In this document: one piece after another, positions 25,464 through 38,476 of the stretch
Layout: every line of letters begins with the position of its first letter
Position numbering within the stretch: position 1 is the first letter of the stretch
Origin: Haliotis cracherodii
Taxonomy: Eukaryota
DNA length: 64,000 nt
Direction of reading: 5' to 3'
Assembly: GCF_022045235.1 (NCBI RefSeq)
Contig: NW_027266267.1
Coordinates: 31,062,001-31,126,000, forward strand
The notes under the pieces: generated by a model
What the model saw: only the letters and a program-made list of their open reading frames with translations
Told to the model about the DNA's origin: nothing
The model's database searches: none
Made by a program: the position numbers and the translations under genes

Positions 25464-26191
25464 TACAGATTTCTACATGGAATTATCTGCACAGAAAAGG
25501 AACTATTAACAATGAATCTTGTAGAAAACAGTGTTTGTAGCTTTTGTAATGCTGTCAATGAGGATATCAGCCATGTCTTTGGGAATGTAATGAAACTTAA
25601 CAATTTTGGAATGATCTCCATCTTTGGCTTAACAATTTTTTGCAAAAAATTAAATTGACAAAATATCTTATTTGGTTTGGTTCTAACTACTATAATACTT
25701 TATTCAATCATCTACTTTTAAGTAAGGGTAGGCTTTGTGGATGAATAACTTCTTTATTACAATTATGTTCCTCCATAAATCCTACCCTTACTTAGTGCTC
25801 CAGCTTCTAAATGCCTATCAAAGAAGACATATACTTTTATTGGGAAAAAGGCATATTCATGTATATCGGGTCAAAGGAACCAAACCGAAAATATATATAC
25901 TTTTAAAACTATTTAAAAACATATATTCAATCGAGAAATGTATTGCAATAAAAAAGGATGACAAAAACAACTGTAACAAAAAAATGGTTACTTTTATTCT
26001 CAGTTATTCTCTCTGTTGCTACATGCTATGTTGTGTGTTGCAACCTTTTTGTTTTGAAATGTGACAATGTTTGTTTCCGAACCTTTACATTTTTAAGAGT
26101 GTATTGTGTCGTTCTATGGAATCCGAAATATATTTTTGACGGAATACTGTATTACTCTGTAACTCTTGGAACGATAAAAAAAATTAAAAAA
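25464..26191 (+). mobile_element. 3' fragment of an L1/Tx1-group LINE (zf-RVT C-terminus, 3' UTR, A-rich tail)
   Basis: YRFLHGIICTEKEL...CSFCNAVNEDISHVF.(frameshift)EC....FW, ILFG, NHLLL/ILLLGKRHIH, IEKCIA...KKW are typical L1/Tx1 ORF2 C-terminal motifs. Ends in gataaaaaaaattaaaaaa. Confidence 0.8.
25719..25794. mobile_element. Small foldback/MITE-like hairpin inserted in the Tx1 fragment
   Basis: Arms taagtaagggtaggctttgtgga and tccataaatcctacccttactta are near-perfect inverted repeats. Confidence 0.6.
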
Positions 26192-26337
26192 GGAATAAGA
26201 AAAGTATCATGCAAAACTAGGTGAGTCAGATGTCCCTCCCTGATACTACAGGGGAGAATAAATCCCCCCACTACCCCACATCTACAAAAAGTATATCATG
26301 AACACACAAGACCATTCTGAAAGTGGTCAAATGTAAT

Positions 26338-26632
26338 AAATGTTATATTTGGGATAACACTATCTTAGTAAAGTACAGATTCTCATACTTTTTGGGGATT
26401 GAGTCACGTCCAGGATTTGAACCCTCACTGCACCTAATCGCCAGCACACAAAGTCAGCAATCTAACCCACTCACCCATCGAGGCTTCCACAAAATAAAAG
26501 TCTGACAACTAGTGGTCTAGATCACATACTTTGTGTACCCCTCTGACAAGTACAAGTCCCGGACGGGACTCAACCCCAAAAAGTATGAGAATCTGTACTT
26601 TACTAAGAAAGTGTTATCCAAATATAACATTT
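26338..26632. mobile_element. MITE with ~84-bp terminal inverted repeats and an internal tRNA-like cassette
   Basis: 26338-26422 matches the reverse complement of 26550-26632 (aaatgttatatttgg..ataacact.tcttagtaaagtacagattctcatactttttgggg..tgagtc.cgtcc.gga.ttg.ac). The - strand has an A-box-like gggtgagtggg and a B box ggttcaaatcc. Confidence 0.88.
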
Positions 26633-28173
26633 GTTAAAAAATATATCAAATGGAAAAACCCTTTCATCAGTGGCCCTCTGCATGTGGTGCAGTGTACACA
26701 CACTATATTGATATGCTGGAACGTAGACATGTCGTAAGTTGCATTACTGTAAGTGCCAGAGAGCCATGACAGGATTACGTGGTCTGAGTGTGGCCACCAG
26801 TCGCAGATAACATTACACCAAGGTGATGAAGGACTTACAGCAACCTTGGCCACACTTTACACAGCGCTTCTCCATCTCCCTAATCTAACTCCAGCAACTG
26901 GACAGAGAAATGGCACAATTAGCCTAGCCTATCTTAGCATCTTGGAATTGGACAAAGACCACACCAAATCCTATAGTAATGACCTTGAATTGTCTTTTAA
27001 TGAGTAGTTGAAGCCGATAGTGAATACATCAAACACAGCAATGACTGTCTGTATTGTTCTTGACACTTCCAAGCTCCTATAATCCCCTGGGGCTAATGGT
27101 TGTCACATAGCGGATGGCTGAACATGGCCACAAGCTTGTCTCATTCACAAAACTGTTTTCCACACAGAAAGTGTCAAAACAGAAATGAATTAAGAAGGAA
27201 TATCAGTGGCAGGTTTGAAAGGAAACATTCTGCACAAATCGCCGAACACTTGATTAAAAGTGTGTGAAAATAAAATTGAATTACATTAGAGAAATGAGAG
27301 AATTGCCATTCTTGTTTGCAAGTACTTTAAAGAAGTTGAAGAACACTTCTAAATCTTGAAAGATTATTGTAAAAATGTGTTCAAATTTTAATCAATTTTA
27401 GTTATTGTAGTGAAGTTTAGGTTTAAACCTCTCCACCTTGGGTCACAAAGGTTTATTGCATTATCACTTGGATTCAACATCTGGCTACATTAATACTGGT
27501 ACTTAGGGTCCAGTGTGAAAACTTCCTATATATAGTATCCCAGACAAGGGTGGTAATTTGTCACCAATGCTTTGTTTCCATAATCCTGTAGTATTGATTA
27601 AGAATTATGATCATATTGTCTGCTTCTCATTAATGACATTAATACTGTTATTTCTGTGACTTCACACACTAAAGAGGTGTCATGCAGGGAGATAACTCCA
27701 GCCACAGCAACCCCTCAGTTGGACATCACATATGGCAACAAAGGAATGAAGCTGTCTTTTTAATCAAATTGCAGGATAATTCACATGTCCGTGTTTTCAG
27801 CATGGCGCGCCCATTGATTTGCTGGTTTTATGTCCCTCCAGTAGTGTTTTACACCAGCCAAGCCTACACTTGCAACACGGAATTCGGGATCCTGCCTTTT
27901 AAGCACATCATAAATGAGATAGGTTGTTTAATCCTGTATGACTCTGACCTAATTAATTTGATCCTAAAATAGTTGTCTGGTTGCTGTTTTAACTGCAGTT
28001 GTACCCGAGTTGTCAGCAGCTGGGGAGAGACCGTGCATGCTCATCCGGCAGGTGCTTTGGAAAGGACCTGATGCCATGTCACACCATCATCTACATTCAA
28101 CTGTACGAAAACATAAATCTGAAAGAATCCTAATCATAATCAGTCATCATGGATCATTTTAATGTCAACTGGA

Positions 28174-31100
28174 TGTAGTCAATGGGAGGGCACACAGACA
28201 TGTCAGAAGCCAAGTGTGTTGGCTGTCATCAAAATGAGTGCACACAGACATGTCAGAAGCCAAGTGTGTAGGCTGTCATCAATGTGAGTGCACACAGACA
28301 TGTCAGAAGCCAAGTGTGTAGGCTGTCATCAATGGGAGGGCACACAGACATGTCAGAAGCCAAGTGTGTAGGCTGTCATCAATGTGAGTGCACACAGACA
28401 TGTCAGAAGCCAAGTGTGTAGGCTGTCATCAATATGAGTGCACACAGACATGTCAGAAGCCAAGTGTGTAGGCTGTCATCAATATGAGTGCACACAGACA
28501 TGTCAGAAGCCAAGTGTGTTGGCTGTCATCAATATGAGTGCACACAGACATGTCAGAAGCCAAGTGTGTTGGCTGTAGTCAATGGGAGGGCACACAGTCA
28601 TGTCAGAAGCCAAGTGTGTTGGCTGTAGTCAATGGGTGGGCACACAGTGTGTTGGCTGTCATCAATGTGAGTGCACACAGTCATGTCAGAAGCCAAGTGT
28701 GTTGGCTGTCATCAATATGAGTGCACACAGACATGTCAGAAGCCAAGTGTGTTGGCTGTAGTCAATGGGAGGGCACACAGTGTGTTGGCTGTCATCAATG
28801 TGAGTGCACACAGTCATGTCAGAAGCCAAGTGTGTTGGCTGTCATCAATATGAGTGCACACAGACATGTCAGAAGCCAAGTGTGTAGGCTGTCATCAATA
28901 TGAGTGCACACAGACATGTCAGAAGCCAAGTGTGTTGGCTGTCATCAATATGAGTGCACACAGACATGTCAGAAGCCAAGTGTGTTGGCTGTAGTCAATG
29001 GGAGGGCACACAGTCATGTCAGAAGCCAAGTGTGTTGGCTGTAGTCAATGGGTGGGCACACAGTGTGTTGGCTGTCATCAATGTGAGTGCACACAGTCAT
29101 GTCAGAAGCCAAGTGTGTTGGCTGTCATCAATATGAGTGCACACAGACATGTCAGAAGCCAAGTGTGTTGGCTGTAGTCAATGGGAGGGCACACAGTGTG
29201 TTGGCTGTCATCAATGTGAGTGCACACAGTCATGTCAGAAGCCAAGTGTGTTGGCTGTCATCAATATGAGTGCACACAGACATGTCAGAAGCCAAGTGTG
29301 TTGGCTGTAGTCAATGAGAGGGCACACAGACATGTCAGAAGCCAAGTGTGTAGGCTGTAGTCAATGGGAGGGCACACAGACATGTCAGAAGCCAAGTGTG
29401 CAGGCTGTCATCAATGTGAGTGCACACAGACATGTCAGAAGCCAAATGTGTTGGCTGTAGTCAATGGGAGGGTACACAGACATGTCAGAAGCCAAGTGTG
29501 TAGGCTGTCATCAATGTGAGTGCACACAGACATGTCAGAAGCCAAGTGTGTTGGCTGTAGTCAATGGGAGGGCACACAGACATGTCAGAAGCCAAGTGTG
29601 TAGGCTGTCATCAATGTGAGTGCACACAGACATGTCAGAAGCCAAGTGTGTTGGCTGTCATCAATGAGAGTGCACACAGACATGTCAGAAGCCAAGTGTG
29701 TTGGCTGTCATCAATGAGAGTGCACACAGACATGTCAGAAGCCAAGTGTGTTGGCTGTAGTCAATGGGAGGGCACACAGACATGTCAGAAGCCAAGTGTG
29801 TCGGCTGTAGTCAATGGGAGGGCACATAGACATACCAGAAGCCAAGTGTGTTGGCTGTCATCAATGGGATGGCACACAGACATGTCAGAAGCCAAGTGTG
29901 TTGGCTGTAGTCAATGACATGGCACACAGACATCTTAGAAGCCAAGTGTGTTGGCTGTATTTCAATGAGAGGGCACTTAGACATGTCAGAAGCCAAGTGT
30001 GTTGGCTGTAGTCAATGAGAGGGCACACAGACATGTCAGAAGCCAAGTGTGTTGGCTGTAGTCAATGAGAGGGCACACAGACATGTCAGAAGCCAAGTGT
30101 GTTGGCTGTAGTCAATGGGAGGGCACACAGTCATGTCAGAAGCCAAGCGTGTTGGCTGTAGTCAGTGAGAGGGCACACAGTCATGGCAGAAGCCAAGTGT
30201 GTTGGCTGCAGTCAATGGGAGGGCACAAAGTCATGTCAGAAGCCAAGTGTGTTGGCTGAGTCAATGAGAGGGCACACAGTGTGTTGGCTGTAGTCAATGG
30301 GAGTGCACACAGACATGTCAGAAGCCAAGTGTGTTGGCTGTAGTCAATGAGAGGGCACACAGACATGTCAGAAGCCAAGTGTGTTGGCTGTAGTCAATGA
30401 TAGGGCACACAGACATGTCAGAAGCCAAGTGTGTTGGTTGTAGTCAATGGGAGGGCACACAGACATGTCAGAAGCCAAGTGTGTTGGCTGTAGTTAATGG
30501 GAGGGCACACAGACATGTCAGAAGCCAAGTGTGTTGGCTGTAGTCAATGATAGGGCACACAGACATGTCAGAAGCCAAGTGTGTTGGTTGTAGTCAATGG
30601 GAGGGCACACAGACATGTCAGAAGCCAAGTGTGTTGGCTGTAGTCAATGGGATGGCACACAGACATGTCAGAAGCCAAGTGTGTTGGCTGTAGTCAATGG
30701 GAGGGCACACAGTGTGTTGGCTGTAGTCAATGGGAGTGCACACAGACATGTCAGAAGCCAAGTGTGTTGGCTGTAGTCAATGGGATGGCACACAGTGCGT
30801 TGGCTGTAGTCAATGAGAGGGCACAAAGACATGTCAGAAGCCAAGTGTGTTGGCTGTAGTCAATGGGAGGGCACACAGTGTGTTGGCTGTAGTCAATGAG
30901 AGGGCACACAGACATGTCAGAAGCCAAGTGTGTTGGCTGTAGTCAATGGGAGGGCACACAGACATGTCAGAAGCCAAGTGTGTTGGCTGTAGTCAATGGG
31001 ATGGCACACAGACATGCCAGAAGCCAAGTGTGTTGGCTGAGTCAATGAGAGGGCACACAGTGTTTTGGCTGTTGTCAATGAGAGGGCACACAGACATGTC

Positions 31101-32597
31101 AGAAGCCAAGTGTGTTGGCTGTAGTCAATGGGAGGGCACACAGTGTGTTGGCTGTCATCAATGTGAGTGCACACAGACATGTCAGAAGCCAAGTGTGTTG
31201 GCTGTAGTCAATGGGAGTGCACACAGACATGTCAGAAGCCAAGTGTGTTGGCTGTAGTCAATGGGAGGGCACACAGACATGTCAGAAGCCAAGTGTGTTG
31301 GCTGTCATCAATGGGAGGGCACACAGACATGTCAGAAGCCAAGTGTGTTGGCTGTAGTCAATGAGAGGGCACACAGACATGTCAGAAGTCAAGTGTGTTG
31401 GCTGTAGTCAATGGGATGGCACACAGACATGTCAGAAGCCAAGTGTGTTGGCTGTAGTCAATGAGAGGGCACACAGACATGTCAGAAGCCAAGTGTGTTG
31501 GTTGTAGTCAATGAGAGGGCACACAGACATGTCAGAAGCCAAGTGTGTTGGCTGTAGTCAATGAGAGGGCACACAGACATGTCAGAAGCCAAATGTGTTG
31601 GTTGTAGTCAATGGGAGGGCACACAGACATGTCAGAAGCCAAGTGTGTTGGCTGTAGTCAATGAGAGGGCACACAGACATGTCAGAAGCCAAGTGTGTTG
31701 GTTGTAGTCAATGAGAGGGCACACAGACATGTCAGAAGCCAAGTGTGTTGGCTGTAGTCAATGAGAGGGCACACAGACATGTCAGAAGCCAAATGTGTTG
31801 GCTGTAGTCAATGGGAGGGCACACAGTCATGTCAGAAGCCAAGCGTGTTGGCTGTAGTCAATGGGAGGGCACACAGACATGTCAGAAGCCAAGTGTGTTG
31901 GCTGTAGTCAATGGGAGGGCACACAGACATGTCAGAAGCCAAGTGTGTTGGTTGTAGTCAATGAGAGGGCACACAGACATGTCAGAAGCCAAGTGTGTTG
32001 GCTGTAGTCAATGGGAGGGCACACAGTCATGTCAGAAGCCAAGTGTGTTGGCTGTAGTCAATGGGAGGGCACACAGACATGTCAGAAGCCAAGTGTGTTG
32101 GTTGTAGTCAATGAGAGGGCACACAGACATGTCAGAAGCCAAATGTGTTGGCTGTAGTCAATGGGAGGGCACACAGTCATGTCAGAAGCCAAGTGTGTTG
32201 GCTGTAGTCAATGGGAGGGCACACAGTCATGTCAGAAGCCAAGCGTGTTGGCTGTAGTCAATGAGAGGGCACACAGACATGTCAGAAGCCAAGTGTGTTG
32301 GCTGTAGTCAATGAGAGGGCACACAGACATGTCAGAAGCCAAGCGTGTTGGCTGTAGTCAATGAGAGGGCACACAGACATGTCAGAAGCCAAATGTGTTG
32401 GCTGTAGTCAATGGGAGGGCACACAGTCATGTCAGAAGCCAAGCGTGTTGGCTGTAGTCAATGGGAGGGCACACAGACATGTCAGAAGCCAAGTGTGTTG
32501 GCTGTAGTCAATGGGAGGGCACACAGTCATGTCAGAAGCCAAGTGTGTTGGCTGTAGTCAATGGGAGGGCACACAGACAAGTCAGAAGCCAAGTGTG
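28174..32597. repeat. Minisatellite, 50-bp unit ggctgtagtcaatgggagggcacacagacatgtcagaagccaagtgtgtt, with a 33-bp deletion variant
   Basis: About 90 units. Two sequence subtypes (gtagtcaatgggagggc / gtcatcaatgtgagtgc) are interleaved on the left; the right is homogeneous. Confidence 0.98.
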
Positions 32598-34210
32598 AAG
32601 AGGTTTATGCCATTTCACACCATCATCTACACTCATTTAAAGAAAATATAAATCCGAAAGAATCCTAATCTTCATCAGTCATCATGGGTCATGTTAATGT
32701 CAACTGACTGTAGTCAATGAGAGGGCATACAGACAGGCCAGAAGCCAAGTATGTTGGCTTGGCTAACCCTATGTAGTTTAGTTATGAACACAAACAAAAT
32801 ATAACAAAGACAACATGGAAGTCCTAGAAGGGAAATACTTGTCATGTTGATAATTCCTAAATGTTAAAAGTTGTACAATTGATGATATGTGATGACAGGG
32901 ATTGTACATTGGTAGGAATAGCACAAGACGCATCTCAGCCTGCCACCTCACCAAACAAGTGGTTCACAATTTGTGTCAACTTCTCCACTCTACACCTAGA
33001 TTTATACAACAGATGCTTCACATGGGACAGTTTCCATCCCCACCAACAAAAATGTCCAACATAGCCAAACTCCGTAATCTCAACATCTGTTATCTAGAAT
33101 GTACCGCTATCTTGAACCTATTCTCAAGTCCTGACTGTCTCACTACATAAATACAAATTTGACAGTTTGTCTCGAATTCACAATGAAAATACATGGCGTT
33201 ATCTCAAACCTTGGAGTCTGCCCCAACTTGACTATAGTGCAGAATATTTTTACCCTGAACCACATTAACAGTTTTGACAAGCGCAAATAAGAATTTCATA
33301 TAGCTGTTAGAAATTCTCCTGATATATCAAGTACCTTTCCGCACTTCCGCATTTCTGTACTTGCCTTTTAATCCAAAATATAGATGACAGTGAGAAATAT
33401 TGTTACTTGATCTCTCTGTCCATGCCTTGCTATCTCTCACTGTCTAGCTCAGTTCCAGATACCGGAATCCAACTGTATATACAGCAGACCTGCCTCCCAC
33501 CCACTCACCCACCTCACCAAACCATTATGAGTGACAGATAATGTTGTCAGTAGAAAGTAACGATGAAGAAGTTATACAAGGACCTTGTTTTATCCTTTTG
33601 TGCTCTCACTGCAGGATTACTTCTCTACCTATAATGCAAGCATTCATCATGTCAATGCCTATTGGCTAACAACAGTATATTCTATTGGTATACCGCTGTC
33701 TATGTAATGACTTGACTGACACTTCAATGTGGCTTTTTTAATTTACCCAATAACCCCATATTACAATACTATCAAATTTAAGTGCAACAGAATGTGATCA
33801 ATTACCCAACCTTCATAGAGTAAATACTGATACAATATTCATTCTGCAAACACGCATAGAGCTAATACAAACACTCCTGTCCACAATGTCAATACTGTAA
33901 TGAAATTATCTACCTGGTTATTCCATCATCATAATGTTTGTCAATAAAGCTGTTTGCACAGTCATTCACGTCTCGCTAGATAATTAATTGATTCCTCCTG
34001 CTGTTGCATGATTCCTTGGCTTAGTAATCACAGATAATAACAACGCCCCTTTGGAAGAATGGACAGTAAGGGAAACACCAAATGCTGACTCGGCCTCCAA
34101 GGGCAGAGACTGGAACTGTGCTGAAACATAGGGCTTTATCTAATGTGAAACTCAGTCAAACGCCCACAGACTCTACATCCTACATTGTAGTTTGGATTCT
34201 CTCAGTCTAT

Positions 34211-36637
34211 ACCCTGTCTGATGCTGCACACCTGAGTCAGTCAGTCTATTGATGGGTCCACCAGTCTGTCTGAGGCCGTACAGTCAGTCAATCTATTGTT
34301 GGGTCCACCACCCTGTCTGATGCCGTACAGTCAGTCAGGCTATTGTTGAGTCCACCACCCTGTCTGATGCCGTACAGTCAGTCAGGCTATTGTTGGGTCC
34401 ACCACCCTGTCTGATGCCGTACAGTCAGTCAATCTATTGTTGGGTCCACCACCCTGTCTGATGCCGTACAGTCAGTCAGGCTATTGTTGGGTCCACCACC
34501 CTGTCTGATGTCGTACAGTCAGTCAGTCTATTGTTGAGTCCACCACCCTGTCTGATGCCGTACAGTCAGTCAGGCTATTGTTGGGTCCACCACCCTGTCT
34601 GATGCCGTACAGTCAGTCAGTCTATTGTTGGGTCCACCACCCTGTCTGATGCCGTACAGTCAGTCAGGCTATTGTTGGGTCCACCACCCTGTCTGATGCC
34701 GTACAGTCAGTCAGGCTATTGTTGGGTCCACCACCCTGTCTGATGCCGTACAGTCAGTCAGGCTATTGTTGGGTCCACCACCCTGTCTGATGCCGTACAG
34801 TCAGTCAGGCTATTGTTGGGTCCACCACCCTGTCTGATGTCGTACAGTCAGTCAGTCTATTGTTGAGTCCACCACCCTGTCTGATGCCGTACAGTCAGTC
34901 AATCTATTGTTGGGTCCACCACCCTGTCTGATGCCGTACAGTCAGTCAGGCTATTGTTGGGTCCACCACCCTGTCTGATGCTGTACAGTCAGTCAGGCTA
35001 TTGTTGGGTCCACCACCCTGTCTGATGCCGTACAGTCAGTCAGGCTATTGTTGGGTCCACCACCCTGTCTGATGCTGTACAGTCAGTCAGGCTATTGTTG
35101 GGTCCACCACCCTGTCTGATGCCGTTCAGTCAGTCAGGCTATTGTTGGGTCCACCACCCTGTCTGATGCTGTACAGTCAGTCAGGCTATTGTTGGGTCCA
35201 CCACCCTGTCTGATGCCGTTCAGTCAGTCAGGCTATTGTTGGGTCCACCACCCTGTCTGATGCCGTACAGTCAGTCAGGCTATTGTTGGGTCCACCACCC
35301 TGTCTGATGCTGTAGTCAGTCAGGCTATTGTTGGGTCCACCACCCTGTCTGATGCCGTACGGTCAGTCAGGCTATTGTTGGGTCCACCACCCTGTCTGAT
35401 GCTGTACAGTCAGTCAGGCTATTGTTGGGTCCACCACCCTGTCTGATGCTGTACAGTCAGTCAGTCTATTGTTGAGTCCACCACCCTGTCTGATGCCGTA
35501 CAGTTTGTCAGTCTATTGTTGGGTCCACCACCCTGTCTGAGGCCGTACAGTCAGTCAGTCTTTGTTGGGTCCACCACCCTGTCTGATGCCGTACAGTCAG
35601 TCAGGCTATTGTTGGGTCCACCACCCTGTCTGATGCCGTACAGTCAGTCAGTCTATTGTTAGGTCCACCACCCTGTCTGATGCTGTACAGTCAGTCAGGC
35701 TATTGTTGGGTCCACCACCCTGTCTGATGCCGTACAGTCAGTCAGTCTATTGTTGGGTCCACCACCCTGTCTGAGGCCGTACAGTCAGTCAGGCTATTGT
35801 TGGGTCCACCACCCTGTCTGATGCTGTAGTCAGTCAGGCTATTGTTGGGTCCACCACCCTGTCTGATGCCGTACGGTCAGTCAGGCTATTGTTGGGTCCA
35901 CCACCCTGTCTGATGCTGTACAGTCAGTCAGGCTATTGTTGGGTCCACAACCCTGTCTGATGCCGTACAGTTAGTCAGTCTATTGTTGGGTCCACCACCC
36001 TGTCTGATGCCGTACAGTCAGTCAGTCTTTGTTGGGTCCACCACCCTGTCTGATGCCGTACAGTCAGTCAGGCTATTGTTGGGTCCACCACCCTGTCTGA
36101 TGCCGTACAGTCAGTCAGTCTATTGTTAGGTCCACCACCCTGTCTGATGCTGTACAGTCAGTCAGTCTATTGTTGGGTCCACCACCCTGTCTGATGCTGT
36201 ACAGTCAGTCAGTCTATTGTTGGGTCCACCACCTTGTCTGAGGCCGTACAGTCAGTCAGGCTATTGTTGGGTCCACCACCCTGTCTGATGCCATACAGTC
36301 AGTCAGGCTATTGTTGGGTCCACCACCCTGTCTGATGCTGTACAGTCAGTCAGGCTATTGTTGGGTCCACCACCCTGTCTGATGCCATACAGTCAGTCAG
36401 GCTATTGTTGGGTCCACCACCTCGTCTGATGCTGTACAGTCAGTCAGTCTATTGTTGGGTCCACCACCCTGTCTGATGCTGTACAGTCAGTCAGTCTATT
36501 GTTGGGTCCACCACCCTGTCTGATGCTGTACAGTCAGTCAGGCTATTGTTGGGTCCACCAGCCTGTCTGATGCCGTACAGTCAGTCAGTCTATTGTTGGG
36601 TCCACCACCCTGTCTGATGCTGTACAGTCAGTCAGTC
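34211..36637. repeat. Minisatellite, 47-bp unit caccaccctgtctgatgccgtacagtcagtcaggctattgttgggtc
   Basis: About 52 tandem units. Confidence 0.98.
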
Positions 36638-38040
36638 TCTTTTGAAGGTGGATTAGGTCAGATTGCTTTTGAAACAATCTTTCAATTTATTCATTCTCAA
36701 AATGAAAAAGGCTCCCACTCAAAAACATAAGTGAATGAACAGTGAAGCCAATGCAATTCAGTGTACAACTGTGTTAGACTGAAATAAATAAATGAAGTAG
36801 CTGAGAAGCATAGCTGAGAAACTTGTAAGTAAGTAGTCTGAGTCAGCTCAGTGCAAACTGGACATCCTAAACCTTTAGTATCGTTGATCGGTTCCTCCAT
36901 ATAAATGGAATGAAATAAGCAACGTAAATGCAGTTACTTCCTGAACTATGCACTGGAAAATCAGATCTGAAATCAGGTGGATTCAACTGAACAAGGCTGT
37001 TAGCTACAGCAGCAATGCTCCAGGCTGTGATGACTAAGCAGGGAGACACTGTAGGGATGGAGGTAACAGACTGGAAGATTAGAAGAGGGTGTACTTTATA
37101 ATGGTTACTGTGATTTCATTCACATTTGTGACAATATGTCTAAGACTTTTTACAGAAGTTATTCAGAACTTGGAGTTTCCGTTTGACCAGCAGGAGTGAT
37201 GGAAGTGAATGATGACATGGACTGTGGCTGGAGATCCCGTGCCTCCACTGGCCAGGCCCAGGCTACAGGAGGCCAGGCCTCAGGGTGGTGCCAGCTCCAC
37301 TAGAAACTAAACTGATGATATAAGCCAGCACTTCTCAGTCATCCTCTTCATCTGTAATAGGCTACAGTGGCAGATCCATCACAGCTTTAACTGTAAAATT
37401 TGGCAGTTGAGTCCACTATTTTGTACTTTCCTATTTGGTGTGCCCCCAGAGAGTTCCCTATATAAACTGTCGGTGTGTGTGTGTGTGTTTCATTTGCTGA
37501 GGGAGCCATGCAAGATCAATAGTCTGTCTCTGTAGCCTACAGTCAATGCAGCCCTGTGATGACCAAATTGCCCTGTAACTAATGGTATTACTGGACACAG
37601 AAACCAAACCAGATGACCCATTCTGAATTGCCGTATCTAATAAAGACATCCCTTTATGAAGCAAGCATTGCCTACAACTGTGCTGACCAGCCAGGCACTC
37701 TGTGAATCAGGGGACAGTGAGACTTAGAGCTGTATCATGAAACACAACTGCAGGCAGAGGCTTTAACACCAGAAACCCCGAGGTGAACAAAGCTGACTAG
37801 TGGCCACACTCTGAAGGATTGAATCAGACACACAAATACATCAAGGCAGCTTGCTTGGCCCCATCACTAAATGATAGCTCTTGTAATACGGTGTTGTGAG
37901 TGAAAAAGGATACATCAACTCATCTCAGCACAATTGTTAATGTTGATCTGCCTCCTGACAAGGATGTGTTATCAGTACATATAGTCAGTACACTTGGTTG
38001 GCAGTTGGTTACACATTTGCTGCAATTACCACATGAAGGA

Positions 38041-38098
38041 GTGAGTGAGTTAAAATTTAACGTCGCATCAGCATTATTTCAACCATATAGTGACACCG
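38041..38098 (-). mobile_element. Severely 5'-truncated SINE (or partner LINE) 3' tail
   Basis: Reverse complement gtcactatatggttgaaataatgctgatgcgacgttaaattttaactcactcac resembles the tail of the 13171-13460 SINE. Flanked by 9-bp TSD catgaagga (38032-38040 and 38099-38107). Confidence 0.75.
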
Positions 38099-38476
38099 CA
38101 TGAAGGAAGAACACCCAGCAAGCTGATGGCAGATATAGGCAGGGATACAATTCCTGTCAGCTGTGAAGGAATCATACAGCAATTCTAGGAACAAATGCTC
38201 ATTAAGCCAAATGACATTAAAACAATTGGATTTCAGTCAATGACTTTTTGTTGTTGAAATATTGATGAATTGGATGGTTCCATTTCTTTAGTGTCAAGTA
38301 GTGGGGCTACCTGCATGCACATCAATGGCTTTATTCTTTTCTTTAAGCAAAGAAAATTCATCTCATCGATAGGTATTTGTTTTATTTGATTATTTCATAC
38401 ATTCTGGAGTGGAATAATTGGCAGAGCTAACATTTTACATACATTCTGGAGTGGAATTATCTCGCTGTAGTGGCAG

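Noticed and set aside
23835-25509. 537-aa and opposite-strand repeat ORFs (23-aa period)
   Set aside because: The 69-bp unit is a multiple of 3 and open on both strands. There is no non-repetitive domain or splice evidence.
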